A stretch of DNA of 64,000 nucleotides from the human T2T-CHM13v2.0 reference genome, Homo sapiens. The stretch lies in assembly GCF_009914755.1 (NCBI RefSeq), contig NC_060947.1. One strand, 5' to 3'. The translations under genes were made by a program, and so were the position numbers. Below the pieces are notes generated by a model, which was given only the letters and a program-made list of their open reading frames with translations, was not told where the DNA came from and ran no database searches. Position 1 is the first letter of the stretch. Each line of letters starts with the position of its first letter. This document shows, piece after piece, positions 43,178 to 61,167 of the stretch.

Positions 43178-44305
43178 TATATTAGTTAGCTTAGGGTGTC
43201 ACAACAAAATACCACCTACTAGGTAGCTTAAACAACATAAATTTATTTTCTCAAAGAACTGAAGATTGGAAGTACATGATCAAGGTGCCAGTAGGGTTGA
43301 TTTCTCCTGAGGCGTCTCTCCTTGGCTTGCACATGGCTACCTTTGTACTGTGTCTGTTACAGTAGGCAGCTAGTCAGGCATGAGCAGGGCAGGAGAGGGA
43401 TCCCTGCCACCCCCATCAGGAATGTCAGGGGACCATCATGTGATGGTCAGGTGGTTGCTACACTGTTTCTCTAAAATAATAATTGGTCCCAGCTGGCACT
43501 AAGGAAAGGCCGTCTCCCAATAGATAGAAAAAACCTGAAACTGGTGATCAGCAACTTCCAGATAAGATCTCAGGAGTTGGGCCAGTGGGCTCAAGCATGC
43601 ACACTAAGAGGCAAAATGGTGAGGTTTAATTGGTATACAACCTTCTAGAAACATTAGGACTGGTACGGGAAGAATGTCTCAAGTGAGCATATGCACAATT
43701 TTGGCAAACACACTGCACATGCGGCCCCTCTCAAGTGCTGGCAGGCCACCGTGCATGCGGACAGCCCACCCTAGGGGAGAAATCTGAGAAGTAACACAAG
43801 ACCCTGGAAGCATGCCAATGTATAAAACTCCAAATCAAAAGGTCAACTCGCGCACTTGATCTTTCAAGTTGCCCACTTGGCTCTCTTCCAAGTGTACTTT
43901 ACTTCCTTTCATTCCTGCTCTAAAGCTTTTTAATAAACGTTCACTCCTGCTCTAAAACTTGCCACAGTCTCTTATTCTGCCTTATGCCCCTCAGTCGAAT
44001 TCTTTCTTCAGAGGAGGCAAGAAATAATGAGAGTGCTGCACAGCTGTACAGACTTACTACTGGAAACGCCTTCTCATGAACTTTCTCTGTATACATGTAA
44101 AAAGAGAGAGAGAGAGCAAACTCTCATATCTATTCCTCTTATTATAAAAACGTTAGTCATGTAAGATTAGGGCTTCATTTATGAAGCCTTATGACCTCAT
44201 TTAACCTCAGTCACCTCCTTAAGGGCCCTACCTCCAAATATGGTCACATTGGAGGTTAGGGCTTCAATGCATAAAATTGGGGAGGCCACAATTCAGTCAA
44301 TAAAA
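43178..44305 (-). mobile_element. MLT1A/B-type MaLR LTR split by an ERV1 LTR
   Basis: tattagtt..acaaaataccac..gcttaaacaacataaatttatt..atcaaggtgccagtaggg; resumes after 44068 and ends ggttagggcttcaa..cacaattcagtc. Confidence 0.75.
43355..44068 (+). mobile_element. ERV1 solo LTR (MER50-like)
   Basis: tgttacagtaggcagctagtcaggcatgagcagggcaggagaggg start; TATA-like tataaaa at about 43821; aataaa at about 43932. Confidence 0.75.
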
Positions 44306-44429
44306 CCCATTTTTTTAATCAACTTCACATATCCCAGAAATGCCGACAAGCACAGACAAAAGAAGAATGTCTTTTTTCCTAGCCAAAGTTGAAGAAAATG
44401 GGAGACCTAAGAACAGAAATCTTTTGGCA

Positions 44430-45694
44430 ATTTTCTTTAGTATTTTTCCATCAATATCCATCAGAGATATTGACCTGTAGTTTTCTTTTTTGATGTGACT
44501 TTGTCTGGTCTCTTTTTTGATGTGACTTTGGCCTTTTAGAATCAGTTTGGACGCATTCCATTCTCTATTTTTCTGAAAAGTTTGAGTAGAATTGGTATGA
44601 CTTCTTTGTTAAATGTTGCATAGAATTCAGCAGTGAAGCCGTCAGTTCCTGGGCTTTTCTTTACTGGAAGATTGTTTTATTAAGGCTCTGATCTTATTAC
44701 TTGTTATTGTTCTGCTCACATTTTGGATTTCTTTCTGGTTAAATCTTGGTAAGTTTTATGTGTCTCAGCATTTGTCCATTTCTTCTAGGTTTTTCAATTA
44801 ATTGGCAAAGAGTTGCCCATATCACCATTAATGATCCTTTGAATTTCTGTAGTATAAGTTGTAATGTCTCCTTCTTCACATCTGATTTTATTTATTTTGA
44901 TTTTTTTTCCTAGTCTGGCTAATGGTATGTCAATTTTGTTTAACCTTTCAAAAAACAACCTTTTGTTTTAATAACCCTTTGTACCGTTTTCTTCATTTCA
45001 ATTTTATTAATTTATGCTTCTGATCTTTAGTATGTTTTTCTTCTACTAATTTTGGGCTTGATTTGCTCTTGCTTGTCTAGTTCTTTAAGATGCATAGTTT
45101 ATTTGAATTTTTTCTCTTTTTGATGTACTCACTTACAGTTATAAACTCCCTATTAGTACTGTTTTTGCTATATCTCATAGGTTTGGTATGTTGTGTTTCC
45201 ATTATCATTTGTTTCAAGAAATTTTTCAATTTACTTCTTAATTTCTTCATTAACCCACTGGTCATTCAGGAGCATATCGTTTAATTTCCATGTATTTTTA
45301 TAGTTCCAAAATTCCTCTTGTTATTAATTTCTAATTTTATTTCATTGTGCTTAGAGAAGATGCTAGATATTACTTTACTTTTTTGAATGTTTTATGATTT
45401 GTTTTGTGACCTAACATATGGTCTATCCTTGGGAATAATTCATATGCTGAGGGAAATAATGTGTATTCTATAGTTGTTGCATAAAATGATCTGTAAATAT
45501 CTATTAGATCCATTTTGGTCTATACTGCAGATTAAGTCTCATGTTTCTTTGTTGATTTTCTGTACAAAAGATGTATCCAATGCCGGAAGTGGTGTGGTGA
45601 AGTCTCCAACTATGATTGTTTTGGGGTCTATATCTCTCTTTAGCTCTAATAATATTTGCTTTATGTATATATCTGGGTGCTCCAGTGTTGGGTG

Positions 45695-45734
<40 letters not shown>

Positions 45735-46790
45735 TATATAGAGAGAGACAGAGGACATAACAAATATATACATATAATTGTTATAGCCTCTTGCTGAACT
45801 GACCCCTCTGTCAATATATAACGACCTTGTTTTATCTCTTCTTATAGTTTTTGTCTTGAAATCTATTTTGTCTGACATAAGTATAGGAAATCTTGCTCTT
45901 TTTGGTTTCCGTTGGCATGTAAGATCTTTTTTTTATCACTTTATTTTCAGTCTATGTGTGTATTTACAAGTGAGGTGTGTTTCCTGTAAGAAACAGATCA
46001 ATGGGACTTGTTTCTTTTTAATCCATTCAGTCGATGTATATCTTTTGATTGGAGTGTTAAGTCTATTTAAATTCAATATTATTTTTGATAAGTAAGTACT
46101 TACTGCTGCCATTTTCTTATTTGTTTTCTGGTTGTTTTGTGGTCTTCTCTTACTTCTTTCTTTCCTTCTTGCCATCCTTTAATGAAGATGATTTTCTCTG
46201 GTGATATGATTTATTTCCTTACTTTTTATTTTTTGTGTATCCATTGCACGATTTTTCATTTGAGGTTACCATGAGGATTGCAAATACTACCTTATAACCC
46301 ATTATTTTTATCTGATAACAACTTAACACTTTGCCCAAACAAAGAAACAAACAAGCAAAAGAAAATTAATAAAGATTCTATACCGTAACTTTATCCCTCT
46401 GGTTTTTATCATTTTATTTTTTCTGTTTGAGTTAATTTTTGTATATGGTGTAACGTAAGGGTGTAACTTCATTTTTTTTGCCTGTGGATATCCAGATTTT
46501 CCTTCACCACTTGTTGAAGAGACTGTCTTTTCTCCACTGTGTAGTCTTGGCATTCTTGTCAACAATTATTTGGACAAATATGCAAGATATTTTTCTGGGC
46601 TCTGTATTATGTTCCAGTGGTTTATATACATTTGTCTTTAGGCCAGTACCACACCATCTTGATTACTGTTGTTTTGTAGTATGTTTTGATATCAGAAAAT
46701 GTTAGGCCTTCAACTTTTTTATTTTTCAAGACTGTTTTGGCTATTCTGGATCCCTTGAGAGTCCTTATGAATTTTAGAATGTTCTTCACA
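44430..46790 (-). mobile_element. L1M/L1MA ORF2 (endonuclease and downstream) fragments with (CA)n at 45698-45731
   Basis: Minus ORFs give endonuclease motifs LNLNRLNTPIKR..ICFLQETHLT and YIKQILLELKRDID..TIIVGDFTTPL. Confidence 0.85.
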
Positions 46791-49136
46791 TTTTTTTCCA
46801 GGAAACAACACCAGATATCACCTGGTACAATGATTCATGTTTTTTAGTGGAAATCTTTCTAGAGAGGTGGACTTATCCAATGCAAAACATTTTAGGGGCA
46901 TAAACCCTGGTATATTCACCTTATGTTGGCTCTACTATGGAGCCAATATTCTTAAACAACTCAGATTTCAGCAACAGTCGCCTATAATTATGGCTTCCTG
47001 ATGCCATGTTGTTTCTCCTCAAGCTTTTGCATGGAGATTGACCTGTAGGAGTCTGAATAGGGATTTAATTCATGACATATTCTGTTACATAAGTTAAGAT
47101 TGGCACATGATAGTTGCTCAGTATATGTTGTTCTTCTCTTTCGTATACATTCAGGTTTTTTTCATTACTCAGCCTAATGCAATAGATAATTTTTGTTTAT
47201 AAATATGATGATTAATAAAGATAAATGCCTTTATTTTGTACTCAAGATATATTGTAATTTGGCCCAAATTATATTGCTTTAACTAACCCATTGGTCTTGC
47301 AATATCTTTTTCTCTACAAGTACCACAATACTTTTAGTGTGTTTAAATATCTTTATACACTGCAATGATTTCAAAAGTGCCATTTCATATGCCAGAAATG
47401 TCCTTTATTCTTGTCTTTCTAATGACCTAGGACTTCTAAAATCAGCTCAAACTTCAGATTCTCTATGAAAAGTTTTATTGTCTTTCCACAAAAGGGTTAG
47501 CCTCCCTCCTTTGTGCTCCTATTTGTCTCATATATTTCCATCTCCTTCAGTTCATTTTCGTCTCTGACTCTATAAAAGTATGTTAAAATAATATGCTAAT
47601 TCCTAAAGAAAATGTTTCCAAAAATGTTAAAGCAGCATAACATGAAATGAACACAGAAGACAAGTTCAGTAAAGAAAAAAAAACAAAAACAAAGCTTTAA
47701 TAAGTTGAAAGTTATTCTGATGGATCAACTCATTTAGCTAAACATCTTATTCTTCTTAATGATAAAAGTCTAAAAATAACATTATAAACATTCAAAATTT
47801 CCTCCCATGTATTCAGAATTTTGCCGAAATAAATATAAGCAATGGCCTGTCCATAAAAACTGTAGTTTTATGTGCTGTTTTTTTCAGGATGAGTTTCTGT
47901 GTTAAGACCTGAACTGGACTATGAACTCTACTGGTCTTCCCTGTTTCTGGGAAGTGTACCTCTTATGCCTACAAACCTTGTGTCACAGTGAAATGAGGCC
48001 ATGAGCAATGAGGGTGTCTCATTCTTGTCAGTAGTGATAATGTAACACCCATTGCCCGAGCTTGCACACCAGAAAATATAATAGAGTTCTGGCCCGAGAA
48101 CCCTATTGAAATCTCAATTCATAGTTAACAGTGTTGCCAGGAACTTGCTAAAGTAGTTTTCTGTTTGTTTTGTCAGGCTCTGTACAGCTTTAAGCTGCTC
48201 ACCTAATGTGTTTAATGTTATAGTTAATGTCAGAAAACTTAGTAACCAACATATGAGCCCAGCGTTACTCTCATCTGTTTGAAGTTACGCTCTCCAAGAT
48301 GTCAGCTTTGATGAAATGTTCTCCATAGGGCTCTTGTAAAACTCATCAGTAGTGCACTGATGAAAAATTCCTGCAAGCTACTAATGTCCTTTAATCATAT
48401 AGCTTTGTGTATTACTCTTTGATATTTTGTGCTTTTAGCCAGAGAACCTACACAAGATGGAAAATACTACTCTTTTCCATTCTATAAATGCATGGCATAC
48501 AAATATAAACTCCGCTTTCCACTTATGGCTAGGTATTAGTGGAGGAAATTAAGACACAGTGTGCCAATGGCCTGAACCTAGGCTTTCTAGCCGTCTTTGC
48601 CATTTGACGGTAATAGTAAATCACTTTTGTTTGTACATATTAAGAAGGTTTTATGAAATCTCTGCTCTAAAACAACATTAAAGAAAAGGAAGGGTAGTCT
48701 TACCCCTTGGTTTCCCCATTATAACATTTTCACTAGAAAAATGCTGTCCTCACAAGGTACTGTTATTTACAAGAGATACAAAATAATAAATAGTATTAAG
48801 AGATTTGGGGAACATTTTCTTTCTTATATACACTTTAACATATCAAAGTTTCTGCTGGTGGGTACTTACTTACACAAAGCAATTGAGATCTATGATACAT
48901 TTTACATATGTAACTAAGCACAGAATATTTATAATGCATTTTACTGTAAAAAGTTTCATGCATGCATATCTTCTCTTACTCTACATTACCCCTTCATCTC
49001 CTACTTTAATTTAAAAGGTGATGAAATTGTAACCTGTCTCTAGGTTTGGGGGTACACAGTGAAAAATTACCCACTGGTAACTTTTGCACCTTGAGTTTTT
49101 GTTTCAGAAAAGTTCCAGGAAGAAGTTCAACCCTGA

Positions 49137-50190
49137 TGTAGTTGTCCATTCTTGCATTGCTATAAAGAAATACCTGAGACTGGATAATTTGCAAACAAAA
49201 GGGGTTTAACTGGCTTATGGCTTTGCAGGCTGTACAAGAAGCATGATGCTGGTATCTTCTCAGTATCTGAGAGGCCTCAGGAAACTTCCAATTATGTCAG
49301 AAGGGGAAAGGGGAGCAGGTACATTACATGAGCACAGCAGGAGCAAGACAGAGAGAGGAGGTAGGTACCACACTTTTAAATGATCAGATCTTATGATATC
49401 TCACTCACTATCGTCAGGACAGCACAAACAGGATGGTGCTAAACCATTCATGGGAAATGTGCCCTGATGATCCAATCACCTCCCAACTAGGCCCCTCCAC
49501 TAATGTTGAGGATTACAATTCAACAGGAGATTTGGGCAGTGACACACATCTAAACTATATCATTAGGCCCTGGACCCTCCCAAATCTCATGCTCTTCTCA
49601 CATTTCAAAGTACTATCCTGCCTTACCAATAGTGCCCCAAAGTCTTTACTCATTCCAGTGTTAATTCAATAGTACAAAATCCAAAGTCTCACCTGAGATG
49701 AGGCAAGTCCTTTCCACCTATGAGCCTCTAAAATTAAAAAAAAAAACAAGTTAGTTACTTCCAAGATAGAGTGGAGCTATAGGCATTGGATAAACATTCC
49801 CATTTCAAAAAGGAAGAAATCAGCCAAAAAAGGAACTACAGGCCCTGTGCAAGTTTAAGACCCTCAGAGCAGTCATTAAATCTTAAAGCACCAAAACAAT
49901 CTTCTTTGACTTCATGTCCCACATCCAGGGTACACTGGTGTGAAGGGTGGGCTCCCAAGGCCTTGGGTAGCTGCATTCCTGTGGCTTTGCAGTGTTCTTC
50001 TTCCATGGCTGCTCTTACAGGATGGCATTGCATGCCTGTGGCTTTTCCAGGTTAAGAGTGCAAGTTGTCCGTCGATCTACTATTCTTGGGTCTGGAGGAT
50101 GACAATCCTCTTCACATAGTTCCACTATGCAGTGCCCCAGACTCTGCATAGTGGAACTGTGGGGGCTTCAAACCTACATTTCCTTTCTAT
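49137..50190 (-). mobile_element. MSTA-like LTR (49137-49562) plus adjacent internal sequence
   Basis: ccattcttgcattgctataaagaaatacctgagactgg..gcaggctgtacaagaagcatgatgctgg..ctaaactatatca, then internal cctcccaaatctcatg..aaagtctcacctgagatgaggcaagtcc. Confidence 0.88.
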
Positions 50191-50192
50191 AT

Positions 50193-50432
50193 TGTAACTG
50201 TCCAAGGGGTTCACCTTGCCTGCTGCCTAGACAGAGCTGATTTATCAAGACAGGGGAATCGCCATAGAGAAAGAGTAATTCATGCAGAGCTGGCTGTGAG
50301 GGAGACTAGTGTTTAATTATTACTGAAATCAGTCTCCCCTAGCATTCACACATCAGAGTTTTTCAGGATAATGCGGTGGGTGAGGAGGGCCAATGAGTAA
50401 GGGGTACTAACTGGTCGGGTCGGAGATGAAAA
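50193..50432 (-). mobile_element. Partial ERV1 LTR (LTR8-like)
   Basis: tgtaactgtccaaggggttcaccttgcctgctgcctagacagagctgatttatcaagacaggggaat. Confidence 0.7.
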
Positions 50433-50911
50433 GGAAAAGTATCCCTACATATTTTTTCCAGAGCAAGTGTGGATATAATTTTAAGTGAAATAAAATTATT
50501 AACAATTATGAAGTTTTTGTTATTCATGGTATATTTAATAGTGGTGTCTGTGTAGAGGATGACAGTGTATGTTCACTATTTGGTGAACATAGTGTCCATG
50601 ATATCTGTCTTCTACCAATCCAAAAAGTACAAAAATGAATATTAAAATTTCAGGAATCATTATCTCTCTTAATCTTTTCTCTTCTCAGTTTTGTTGTGGT
50701 AATGGAGGTAGCTTACAAGCCCATTGTCTACTAAAAGTACACTTACAGGTCTTTAAATGTTAAAAGAAAAGAGGGTGTTTTTTGTATTACGTATACGTGT
50801 ATCTCAGAATTTTCCTTGTCTTAGTTCCGTACCATGCCTCAAAGTGTAAATGTGAAATATCTAAAATAAATTTAGGATCAAATAATTGCTATTGTTATGC
50901 TCAGAAAGTGG

Positions 50912-54776
<3,865 letters not shown>

Positions 54777-55502
54777 AGAGCTCTATTTTTTTTTTTTAAA
54801 GTTTTCTGTCTTTGTTACTACTTTCCTGTCAAACTTGGCTACATTTTGGTCTGTGTGGAAAATAATATTATGAATAAAAGACAGCTAGGCTAAATTGATT
54901 TTTAAGAGAATTTAATGACTCATTTATAGAATCTGAATTTTTAGACTCAGTGAAAAAATCATGCAAATTCTCATCAGTTGATGTTCTCTGTTTGAAATCA
55001 AATGTTTCTATTATACTCCTAACTCCTAGAGACATTTAGAGAAACTTCCTTCTAATAATAATACAATAGGCCTATTAATCAGACTATTTCTACATGATAG
55101 AAGAGTTACAGACTATTTCTACATAATAGAACATCTTCCAACTGTCATCTAAAGTAATTTGCTATTGTTACTTCATGTGAAGTTGAATGAATGATGAAAA
55201 TACATACATATAGTTCACTTCACATTCAAAGAATTTATAATTATACCACTACCAGATAAGAAATATTAATATTGTGGTGCCTATTTTATGTACAAAATTG
55301 CGCTTACAAAAATTCTGTAAATACATCATACAATACACATATATATTTATGTATCTATATTTACATATAATATCTATATATGTACACATTAATCTGATTA
55401 TACTTAATATAACATAGTAGTTTACAACATCCTTAACTACAATTGGAAATATGATTTCTAAAGCTGATTACCATTCTGATTTATAAAAACACCATAATTT
55501 TA

Positions 55503-55938
55503 AATATAAGATGAATTGTATCACCCCCACCAAAAAATTATATGTTGAAATCCTAATCCCAGTACCTCAAATTGTGACTTTATTTCGAAATAGGGCTTTG
55601 GGGATGTAACTAGTTAAGATGAAGTCATACTAGGGTAGAGTGGGCCCCTAACCCAATATGACTGGATTCTTCGTGAAAAGAATGTCATGTGAAGAGACAG
55701 ACATGCATTCACACTGAGAGAACATAAGAAGATTAGAGTTATGCTGTCACAAGCCAAGGGACTACCAGAAGCTTGGAGAGAGGCCTGAGAGAAATACTTC
55801 TGTAGCACCTTCAGAGGGAATGTGGCCCTGCTGACACTGATCTTAGATTTCTGGTCTCTAGAAATTTGTGACAATAAATTTCTGTTGTTTAGGTCACTCT
55901 GTGGTACTTTGTTACAGCAGCCATGGCAAACTAATATG
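55503..55938 (+). mobile_element. MLT1B/C-type solo LTR
   Basis: tgaattgt..tatgttgaaatcctaatcccagtacctca..caagccaaggga..aataaatttctgttgttta..ctttgttacagcagcc..aaactaata. Confidence 0.85.
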
Positions 55939-57337
55939 TCTCTAATTTTTTCACTTTTTTGCTTTTGAAAATGACAATAAGATGAATGTTACTGTACCAG
56001 AAAGGTTATTCACCTGTCCAATTATTTTATTTTACAAAATAAGCTTTATTAAAGTATAATTCACATTGAAAAAAGAAAAATGACTTAGAGAAGTCTGAGC
56101 TATATGAGGTATGCAAAATTTATCAGGCCCAAAAAGACATGATTATGGGACTTCAGTCATGCCTGCTGCACTCGTGACTGGGATGGGGGAAATTGTTTAA
56201 AGGTATTTTGTTCCTGACTCACCCATTATCTACCTGTTCCTGGAATTGGTGATAGAAAGAACATCGTAGAACCAATCAATAGCTCATGCTATTTTAATGT
56301 AAATTCTTGGTAAACAACTTAGGAACTGCCTTTTCCCTTAAAAGCCCACTTGTAAGTACTGCCAATCAGGGCACATATTCAGGGCAACTTGAATCTGTGC
56401 TTCCAGTTTGCAGTTCTCAAACTTAGTCGAAATAAACTCTCTATTCATATTAATTTTTGCCTCAGTTTTTTCCCTTTGGGTTGATGTATCTGGTACAGTC
56501 GACATGTTTCAAAGTGACTCTCCCAGATCATCCAGTGTTTCTGTCTGAAAGGGGTGCTTGATGGCAGCATGAAGCCATTGCCTTCTCTCTCTTCTAGAGT
56601 CCCATTAGTTGTTGTGGGTAAGTTTTACTGAAATATGGACTTTATCCCACTCTTTGATGGAAGGTCTACACTTTATTTGGGCTGTTTTTACAAACCATTC
56701 CTTTCTAGAATAGAGATTTTTTAATGTTTTCCCTGTGGGCAGATTTGGATTACAGTAAAAAACAAAACAAAAACTGCGTTTTCTCTGCCTCTGTCTCACA
56801 GCAGTTGGTTCATGTCAAAGTTTCTCTGCTTTTGCCTCAGGACTGGAGGTTGGGGTCAAGGTCAGGCAAAGAGCTCTCCATAGAAATTTTGCTTTTCCAC
56901 CTGTCTCACAACATAAGGTTTGGATGAAGAGATTGGCAGTTTGGCAACAGGGGTCTTGTTTTAAATAGCATGCTTTAAAAATTGCAGCTGCTTGCTTTCT
57001 ACTGCTTAAAATTTAGGCTTGGCTTTTTATTTGTCATCAACTAATTAAATACCAGTTGGTTTTATGTACAACAATTATTGGGTATTCTCTTTTAAATATC
57101 TAGGAAAGAGGACTCACCTAACCTGGTATGGTCATATGCGGAAATGGCCAAAATGGGGGCCCTTTGACTTGCTTAAATAATGTATTAATGCACATAACTG
57201 GAAAAAGCTACCTTTAGAACAAGAAAATTGAATGGGTGAACTACTTCATGTTTGTTCTGGATGAAATAAGAGATTTGAAAATAATTGCTTAAGAACTCTA
57301 TTGTCATAAATTAGCTTAATTAAAAGCTTATATTCAA

Positions 57338-57652
57338 GGCCAGGCACACCGGCTCACACCTGTAATCCCAACACTGTGGAGGTCAAGGTGGGAGGTTCAC
57401 CTGAGCCCAGGAGTTTGACCTCAGCCTAGACAACATAGTGAGACCCTGTCTCCATAAAAAGATTAAAAAAAACAACAACAACAGAAACTAATCAGGCATG
57501 CTGGCAAGCACATGTGGTCCCAGTTACTTGGGAGGTCAAAGCAGGAGGATCACTTTAACCTGGGAGATCGGGGCTGCAATGATTTTTAATTACATCGCTG
57601 CACTCCAGCCTGAGCAACAGAGTGAGACACTGTCTCTAAAAAAAAAAAAAAA
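57338..57652 (+). mobile_element. AluJ nested in the ERV interior
   Basis: ggccaggcac..ggctcacacctgtaatccc..cctgagcccaggagttt..gagacactgtctct followed by poly(A). Confidence 0.9.
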
Positions 57653-59596
57653 TATTCGGATATTCAGGCTACAAATTTTTTGGGAAAATAAAAAGCTGTT
57701 CTGCTTTTTTCTCTTGGATCATATTTCTGTGAAATTTTTTCAGTCAAGTAAGCTTTTAAAAAAATGTTTCATACCTCTGTTTGCTTACTGTCTTGTTGGT
57801 ATAACTGCTGAGAAAAATGTAAAACTTCTTTGGCCTTTCAGAAAGCACAAAATCTCCTCAAATTGGCTTCTCTATGTATTCTTTTTTTTCCACTTATGCT
57901 TTTCCATTCCTTTGCCATGTTTGATAACACATGAAGAAATGCAAAGGAGACTTCAAGTGACTCAGACTTTATGTGGAGTACAGAAAAAAATGCCACTTAC
58001 TCCCTTTTGGGGGTCTTCTGTTTTCCTTGCAGAGTTCAGTCATAGGCAGGTTTTTTCTCCAGTCAAAAGCTTTGCTCTCTTTTGCATAGAGTTACCTGAT
58101 GTCTTTTGCTTTCAGGGTGCCAGGGACTACATTATACTGTGAGAGAGAATTTGACTTTTGTGTGTGCAGTGGCTAAAAAGTCACTGGCAAAAGTTGCAGT
58201 TTCAGAAATTGCTGACAGCAGTTACAGTGAATGGGTATCACTGCAGAGGAATACTTGTTTCTTTGTAGATTTCCATAAGAAAGGCACAGTTTGAAGACTT
58301 GGAGGCTATGGAAACACTCACCACCAAGAACTAATACTCTGGCAGGAGATGGGTTGATCACAGAGTGGGTTGATTGGTGTTGGGTCACCTATTAGCCTTG
58401 CGGAATGTCTTTGTAGTAAGGTGCACTATGGAAGCATTATATGGCCTATTCTCATGGTGCTTCCCTTTTTGGGGGGACCTGGAATTCAGTGTAAAAGTGA
58501 GATCCTTGATTTTGTACAGATCTAGATGCCCTGCCTTAGAACTGTGCCTGCTTTTCATATGTTTAAATCTTAGGCCCTGAAAACTACAAATGCTTTCTTT
58601 GCCCTATTCTTTAAAGGGCTCAATGCTGAGGTCAGTAATCAAATTTAGAAACAAGCTAAGCAGAAAAGACCACTTATTAAACTGAATCCATCTCCAACCT
58701 ACAACTTTTTGATATTTAGATGGCTGCTTTGAACTTTTTTAAAAGAAATTTACATCTATAAAAAATTATCATTAGTAAGGGCATCTCCCTCTTTGCATCA
58801 AAACTACTAGAAATTTTATAATGGGGAAGGCATTGCCTTAAATTGTACATAAAACACCTTACCTTTGTTCAAGATAATTATCCTAGGAAACTTGTCTTGA
58901 TTGGGTTTTTACCTATGCCCTTCTTTGCTTCAGCAAATAATAGTGTTTATATGTAAGTTCTGTGCTTTGGGGATATAAATTTTTACCTGAGTCATGCCTT
59001 TGAAAGTGCAAATGTGGGATTGTCTCACTAACAATTGTTTACTGCACTTGAACCGCTAATCAAGGGATCAATAGTCTAAAAGTGGGAGAAAAGGTATTTG
59101 AAAATTGGAAAATGAAGAATCTTATAAAGCTATTAGGCCTCTGCTTCTACCTGTGTGTCTGTCTGTATGTATATCTGTATGTTTCATGTATATGTAATAT
59201 TTCACTACTAAAATATATGAAAGTGCTTTGATTGACTTAAAAAAGTAACCACTGAAATCAAATATTTTATCAGAAAATCAGAAACTAAAATATCTTTTAG
59301 TTCACATGACTTAGGTATGTCTCTAACCAATAAGACTAATTTAATATTATCAGTTTGATAAAAACAACTGCCTTCTGAGTAATCAACAAAAAAAGGCATG
59401 TATTTAAGTTTTATGTTTTTATGATACTTGCCTGACATAGAGTAATATAAAAATGGATAGTGGAAAACGTAACTTGAAATGATAGCTACAATTGTCCAGT
59501 GTCTCCTGAAATTTTCCAAACATAATTGTTAAGAATAAACTAAGTAAATGTAAATGGAATAAATATTTTAATTATAATTTTGCATCATAACGTGTT

Positions 59597-60230
59597 TGTT
59601 AGAGGGGTTTGAACCAGAGTGACTCTGTCTTGAATAGGGCTGGGTAAAATAAACTTGAGACCTACTGGGCTGCATTCCCAGGAGGTTAGGCATTCTTAGT
59701 TACAGGATGAGATAGGAGGTTGGAACAAGATACAGGTCACAAAGACCTTGCTGATAAAAGAGTGTGCAGTAAAGAAGCTGGCCAAAACCCACCAAAACCA
59801 AGATGGTCACAAAAGTGAACTCTGGTCATCCTCACTGCTCATTATATGCTAATTTTAATGTATTAGCATGCTAGAATGCACTCCCACCAGCATCATGACA
59901 GTTTATAAATGCCATGGCAATGTCAGGACATTACCTTATATGGTCTAAAAATGGGAGGAACCCTCAGTTCTTGGAATTGCCCACCCCTTTCCCGGAAAAC
60001 TTATGAATAATCCACCCCTTGTTTAGTATATAATCGAGAAGTAACTATAATATCAATCAGATGAGCAGGTCATGCTGCTGCTCTGCCTATGGAGTAGCCA
60101 TTCTTTTGTTCCTTTACTTTCTTAATAAATTTGCTTTCACTTTACTGTATGGACTCGCCCCAAATTCTTTCTTCCACGAGGTCTAAGAACCCTCTCTTGG
60201 GGTCTGGATTGGGATCCCTTTCTGGTAACA
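59597..60230 (+). mobile_element. MER41B-like solo LTR nested in the ERV interior
   Basis: tgttagagg..gaaccagagtgactc..gagacctactgggctgcattcccagg..aagaaccctctcttggggtctggattggga..ggtaaca; 634 bp; TSD tgtt/cgtt. Confidence 0.88.
59968..59997. promoter_or_regulatory. Tandem GAS (STAT-binding) motifs
   Basis: TTCTTGGAA at 59968-59976 and TTCCCGGAA at 59989-59997; both match TTCNNNGAA. Confidence 0.7.
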
Positions 60231-60627
60231 CGTTTACTTAAAAACGTTTTTCAAATCCTTTTGGTAATTTTTCCTTTAGGGATTTTGCTAAGCTAAATTA
60301 AATTATAAATGTTCATTGAATACCTAAATCATTTACAGATAAGATGTAATACTAAGACATTAATGACTAATTATGAGTTGAAGCTTATATATTTTTGGCT
60401 TTTTATTTCAGAGAAACAAATATATTTAGACCTTTAAATAAATATGTTCTATTCCACGTTTTAAAAATTGTTCCATTAGGAAGACTATGTTTCTAAATAT
60501 TATAAAATGTGTATTCATAAATTGTTAGTATGCAACTAATAGTTAAAAAATTACTTACTAGGGTTACTACGGGTTAAAATTCTGAGTAATATATGATAAT
60601 TTAAACTAGACATAAGAAGGAAAATGA

Positions 60628-60935
<308 letters not shown>

Positions 60936-61167
60936 CTATATACAGAATGTACAAGGAAAGGGAAATAAGTTTTTGGTTATGAATGTTATAAGAAAGATAT
61001 GAGAATGTGGTTTTTGTTAAAGGAAAAGTAATGTATAAGTTATTTAAAAGTTTTTTTAAGTTGAATGGATAAAAAAGGATACAATGAGAAATAAATTGAA
61101 AGGCTATAGAGAAGTTGAAATGAAGGAGAATTTAAAAAATTGTAAGAGGTTATAAAAGATTTATGAT

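Noticed and set aside
48305-48365. tgatga..ctga boxes and an 8-bp hairpin suggesting a C/D snoRNA
   Set aside because: Box C lacks the leading purine, there is no terminal stem, spacing is short and it lies outside a host intron.
57498-58142. 214-aa ORF
   Set aside because: Runs through an Alu arm, its poly(A) and non-coding ERV interior; no gag/pol/env motifs.
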